From the NCBI GenBank assembly GCA_046757665.1, contig JBHHYO010000013.1, forward strand, positions 1-46,996: a stretch of DNA of 46,996 bases, read 5' to 3'. Made by a program: the position numbers and the translations under genes. Below the pieces are notes generated by a model. The model had not been told where the DNA came from, made no database searches, and worked only from the letters and a program-made list of their open reading frames with translations. Source of the stretch: Nitrospinales bacterium (GTDB lineage: Bacteria > Nitrospinota > Nitrospinia > Nitrospinales > JAJDAT01). This document shows positions 44,109-46,996 of this stretch, piece after piece. Positions within the stretch are counted from its first letter, which is position 1, and the number at the start of each line of letters is the position of its first letter.

Positions 44109-46178
44109 ATGAAGATCAGAACCTGCTTCATAACATTCAATTACCTTCTCGCGGCGCTGGGTATCTCCTGCCTGATTTTGAGCGAAACGTTCCCCGGCAA
44201 CGTCAATATGGTCCTCATCGCGGGACTGGTTCTTTGTTTCGTTCTCGAGATGAGGAAGGTGATTCCCTTTCAGTCCCCACCCCGATTGCATTTGTGGAAG
44301 CTCAGTCTTCTCTTTGTCCTGATTTTTTATTTCCTGATGGATTTGCCGTTGCTGGAACTGCTGGTGGGTTTTCTGATTCTTATTCTTTTCGTGCGCCTGA
44401 TTTTAAAAACGGAATTGAACGATTATTTGTACGGCTACATGATCGCCATCGTTTGTTTGCTGATCGGGGCGATTTATGTTCGGGAACTGGTTTTCGGATT
44501 TTTGTTTTTGTCGTTTTACCTGATCCTCTGCTGGGCCCTGATTCTTTACAACCTGATGGTCGAACGGGCGGGCAGTCGATGCCCGCCGCACAAATTCAAG
44601 AATGTCGGCGAACGGGAGATGGCGGGGATTTCCCTGTTCGGCCTGTCCGCCGGGCTTGTCCTGGTCAGCCTGGTGCTGACCGGCGTGATCTTCGTCAGCT
44701 TTCCGCGGATTGGCCTGGGCTTCATTTCACTGGGATCGGACTCCTCGCCCATCAGCGGTTTTTCCGAAAAGGTAACGCTGGGCGACGTCGGCAAAATCAA
44801 GCAAAACCACGAAGTGGTGATGCGCGTGGAATTCACCCGGCGGGGGAAACCGTACCGGCCGCGCTCGGTCGTTCTGTGGCGCGGCGTGGCGCTGGACCGT
44901 TTTGACGGGCGCGCCTGGTCGTCCACCATGGCAGTTGACTGGCGATACGACAACCGGCCCGGCAGGAAAATCAACCTGTTTGCTCCCGGCCGTTCCTCGG
45001 AACTCATCCGTCAAAAAGTTTATATGGAAGCCTTCGACTCGGACATCATTTTCACCTACGGTTTGCCGGTGGCCATTGACGGGCCTTTCCGCGCCTTGAA
45101 AATGGATCAGGGGTTCGTCCTGCGAACGGTGGACTACCGGGCCGGGCCGCGAAAATATAACATGATCTCCGACATCAGCCGCGCGCAAGCCGGTTTTGCC
45201 ACCCCCGAGCCCTTCACGCACAATGAAAAATTGTTGAAACGCTTCCTGCAACTGCCGGAACTCAGCCCCGAAATTATCCGGCAGGCGAAAAGCCTGGCCC
45301 GGCCCGGCGATTCGTTCACGCAAAAAGCCGACAATATCCTGGACTATTTCCGCGACGGATTCGAGTATTCCCTTGAGATGGTCAAGCAAACCAATAAATC
45401 CAGTCTCGATGAATTCCTGTTTCAACGCAAAAGAGGGCACTGCGAATATTTTGCCTCGGCCATGGTCATTCTGCTTCGCCTGAACGGCGTTCCGGCGCGC
45501 ATGGTCAACGGGTTCATGGGGATGGAGTGGAATGAATGGGGCAATTACATGATCGTCCGGGAGCAGAACGCCCACTCCTGGGTCGAGGCGTTTATTCCGG
45601 GGCAAGGCTGGACGGTTTACGATCCGACGCCGCCGGACCCCTCGATGGCAACCCTGCTGAACGGGCCGCTGTCGCTTTTCATGGACCTGATGCGGCTGAA
45701 CTGGCAACGCTACGTCATCCGCTACTCCATCAAGGACCAAATAAAAATCGTCCGCTTTTTCAGCTCGCGCGGACGAGCCGTCGCCGACCGGTTCAAAACG
45801 CTTCGCTCCTTTGAGTGGCGGGAGTCCATTCAATACCTGAAACAACATCCCGTGTGGATTTTGCTTGCGGCGGGCATTATTATTGTCTTCAGCCTGTGGC
45901 AAAGGAACGGCTGGTGGCTCGGACTGTCGCGCAAACCGCCCCAGGCCCTGGCGGTCATTCTGTACAAGAAAATGTTGCGCCGGCTGGAGAAACGCGGCGT
46001 TCCGAAAAGCGGCCGCTGGACTCCCCGGGAGTTTCTGAACCACCTGTCGCCCCTGGCGCCGGAAAAACGCCGGCTGGTGGAGACCGTCACCGCGTTTTAC
46101 GAAAAATGCCGCTTCGGCAATGCCCCCCCTCGCCCCAAAGACCGCGAAAAAATACAAGCCCTGATCCACCAGCTTTGA
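44109..46178 (+). CDS. DUF3488 + transglutaminase-like membrane protein (TgpA-like)
   Basis: N-terminal TMs, FPRI, SGFSEKVTLG, WRGVALD, Cys-His-Asp triad GHCEYFAS / AHSWVE / YDPTP; start ATG 44109. Confidence 0.9.
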   Translation: MKIRTCFITFNYLLAALGISCLILSETFPGNVNMVLIAGLVLCFVLEMRKVIPFQSPPRLHLWKLSLLFVLIFYFLMDLPLLELLVGFLILILFVRLILKTELNDYLYGYMIAIVCLLIGAIYVRELVFGFLFLSFYLILCWALILYNLMVERAGSRCPPHKFKNVGEREMAGISLFGLSAGLVLVSLVLTGVIFVSFPRIGLGFISLGSDSSPISGFSEKVTLGDVGKIKQNHEVVMRVEFTRRGKPYRPRSVVLWRGVALDRFDGRAWSSTMAVDWRYDNRPGRKINLFAPGRSSELIRQKVYMEAFDSDIIFTYGLPVAIDGPFRALKMDQGFVLRTVDYRAGPRKYNMISDISRAQAGFATPEPFTHNEKLLKRFLQLPELSPEIIRQAKSLARPGDSFTQKADNILDYFRDGFEYSLEMVKQTNKSSLDEFLFQRKRGHCEYFASAMVILLRLNGVPARMVNGFMGMEWNEWGNYMIVREQNAHSWVEAFIPGQGWTVYDPTPPDPSMATLLNGPLSLFMDLMRLNWQRYVIRYSIKDQIKIVRFFSSRGRAVADRFKTLRSFEWRESIQYLKQHPVWILLAAGIIIVFSLWQRNGWWLGLSRKPPQALAVILYKKMLRRLEKRGVPKSGRWTPREFLNHLSPLAPEKRRLVETVTAFYEKCRFGNAPPRPKDREKIQALIHQL

Positions 46179-46222
46179 TCAGCAAGTTGCCGAAAAGCCT
46201 TCAAAAGGGATTCTTCCTTATT

Positions 46223-46249
46223 GTCATGGTGAGCTTGTCGAACCATGAC
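46223..46249. repeat. REP-like palindrome (GAGCTTGTCGAA type)
   Basis: GTCATGGT-GAGCTTGTCGA-ACCATGAC; related core at 22584-22599 (minus strand) and 46453-46468. Confidence 0.65.
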
Positions 46250-46321
46250 CTTATCCGCGACGCATGGTCCATGCACGGTGAGGCGCGGTCCATGCGTAAA
46301 CCATGCACGGCGAAATTTTAA

Positions 46322-46414
46322 AACCACGGATGGACACAGATAAACACGGATACCCGTCCTTGATTTATAAAGGGAAATAAGGATTTGTTTTGTTCTCTGT
46401 GTTCATCGGTGGTT
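46322..46414. repeat. Inverted-repeat element with 10-bp periodic arms
   Basis: aaccacggat-ggacacagat-aaacacggat ... tctgtgttcatcggtggtt (19-bp arms, 2 mismatches). Confidence 0.7.
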
Positions 46415-46481
46415 ATTTTTTTTGCTTTCCCGGTTTTGGCATGAACGTTGCTCTTGTCGAAGGATGAAACACGAGCCGGTT

Positions 46482-46555
46482 GTCATCGCGAGCCGCGACC
46501 AGCGGCGTGGCGATCCAGAAAGCCTGGATTGCTTCGGCTGTCGCCTCGCAATGAC
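46482..46555. repeat. Palindromic element, GTCATyGCGAG...CTCGCAATGAC type
   Basis: Terminal inverted repeat gtcatcgcgag / ctcgcaatgac with inner stem gcgatccag...ctggattgc. Confidence 0.75.
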
Positions 46556-46606
46556 GATCAAACAGGGATACTCATGCAAAGGTTCTTTTCAAAGGTCAAA
46601 ACCCCA

Positions 46607-46635
46607 TTGCCAAACCGGCCCCGTGGGGTTATAGT
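46607..46635 (+). promoter_or_regulatory. Putative sigma70 promoter
   Basis: TTGCCA-17 bp-TATAGT, ~60 bp upstream of the Sel1 gene. Confidence 0.6.
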
Positions 46636-46696
46636 TCCACTATCCGAAACGCCAAAAATCGTAGATACCCTTTAGGGTGCGGGAGGTTTCACTATC

Positions 46697-46996
46697 ATGA
46701 AAAAATCCGTTTTACCAGCCTTGCTTGCCCTTTGCCTTTTCCTCGCCGCTCCCGGCGTGACTGCCGCCGATACCTTTACCGCCCTATTCGAAAAATATAA
46801 ACAAGCCGTCCGCGAAAACCCCAACGACGCCGAGGCGCAAAACGCTCTCGGCTTGATGTATGAGTTAGGCCTGGGCGTGCAGAAGGATTACCAGCAGGCG
46901 GTGAAATGGTATCGGCTGGCCGCCGAACAGGGGGTTGCCTGGGCGCAATTCAATCTCGGCTTGATGTATCACGAGGGACAAGGCGTACAGCAAGAC
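46697..46996 (+). CDS. Secreted Sel1-repeat protein (5' part, runs off the window; not in the ORF track)
   Basis: GGAGG RBS; MKKSVLPALLALCLFLAAPGVTAAD signal peptide; AEAQNALGLMYELGLGVQKDYQQAVKWYRLAAEQG and AWAQFNLGLMYHEGQGVQQD repeats. Confidence 0.9.
   Translation, partial: MKKSVLPALLALCLFLAAPGVTAADTFTALFEKYKQAVRENPNDAEAQNALGLMYELGLGVQKDYQQAVKWYRLAAEQGVAWAQFNLGLMYHEGQGVQQD

Noticed and set aside
44727-46169. Long antisense or alternate-frame ORFs (480 aa here; also 30530-31717, 35658-36815, 24691-25725, 14475-15506)
   Set aside because: Shadow ORFs of well-supported genes in GC-rich DNA, with no recognisable motifs
46179-46560. Possible CRISPR array or ncRNA in the repeat-rich spacer
   Set aside because: No regularly spaced identical repeats with unique spacers and no cas genes; better explained as mixed palindromic elements

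Overview
A gene-dense bacterial chromosomal window. The gene content and style suggest a Nitrospinota-like chemolithotroph, which is an inference from the split Rieske/cytochrome b complex with a multiheme subunit, the small c-type cytochromes and the deltaproteobacteria-like synteny. It is mostly housekeeping: hutH, metF, tRNA-Leu/secG/tpiA/gap, pdxJ/folP/ftsH/tilS, SurA/PpiC/mfd, aguB/aguA, phnD/phnC and two cyclophilins. The best candidates for undescribed biology are: (1) a ~200-nt structured leader upstream of a KamA-family radical SAM gene, with a terminator abutting the RBS and a possible antiterminator, matching no riboswitch class I recognise; (2) a Rieske/split cytochrome b operon with an octaheme cytochrome on a coiled-coil stalk, followed by a 60-aa membrane protein and a nuclease-dead Mrr-fold membrane protein; (3) apparent pseudoenzymes, namely an E3/Lpd paralog without the redox disulfide and a DJ-1/PfpI protein without the nucleophile Cys; (4) sigma54-type promoters on a cytochrome c-ModE pair and on an orphan coiled-coil gene; (5) a pile-up of different palindromic repeat relics near the right end. 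I saw no CRISPR array, transposase, integrase or prophage. All calls are by-eye motif recognition; no searches were run.
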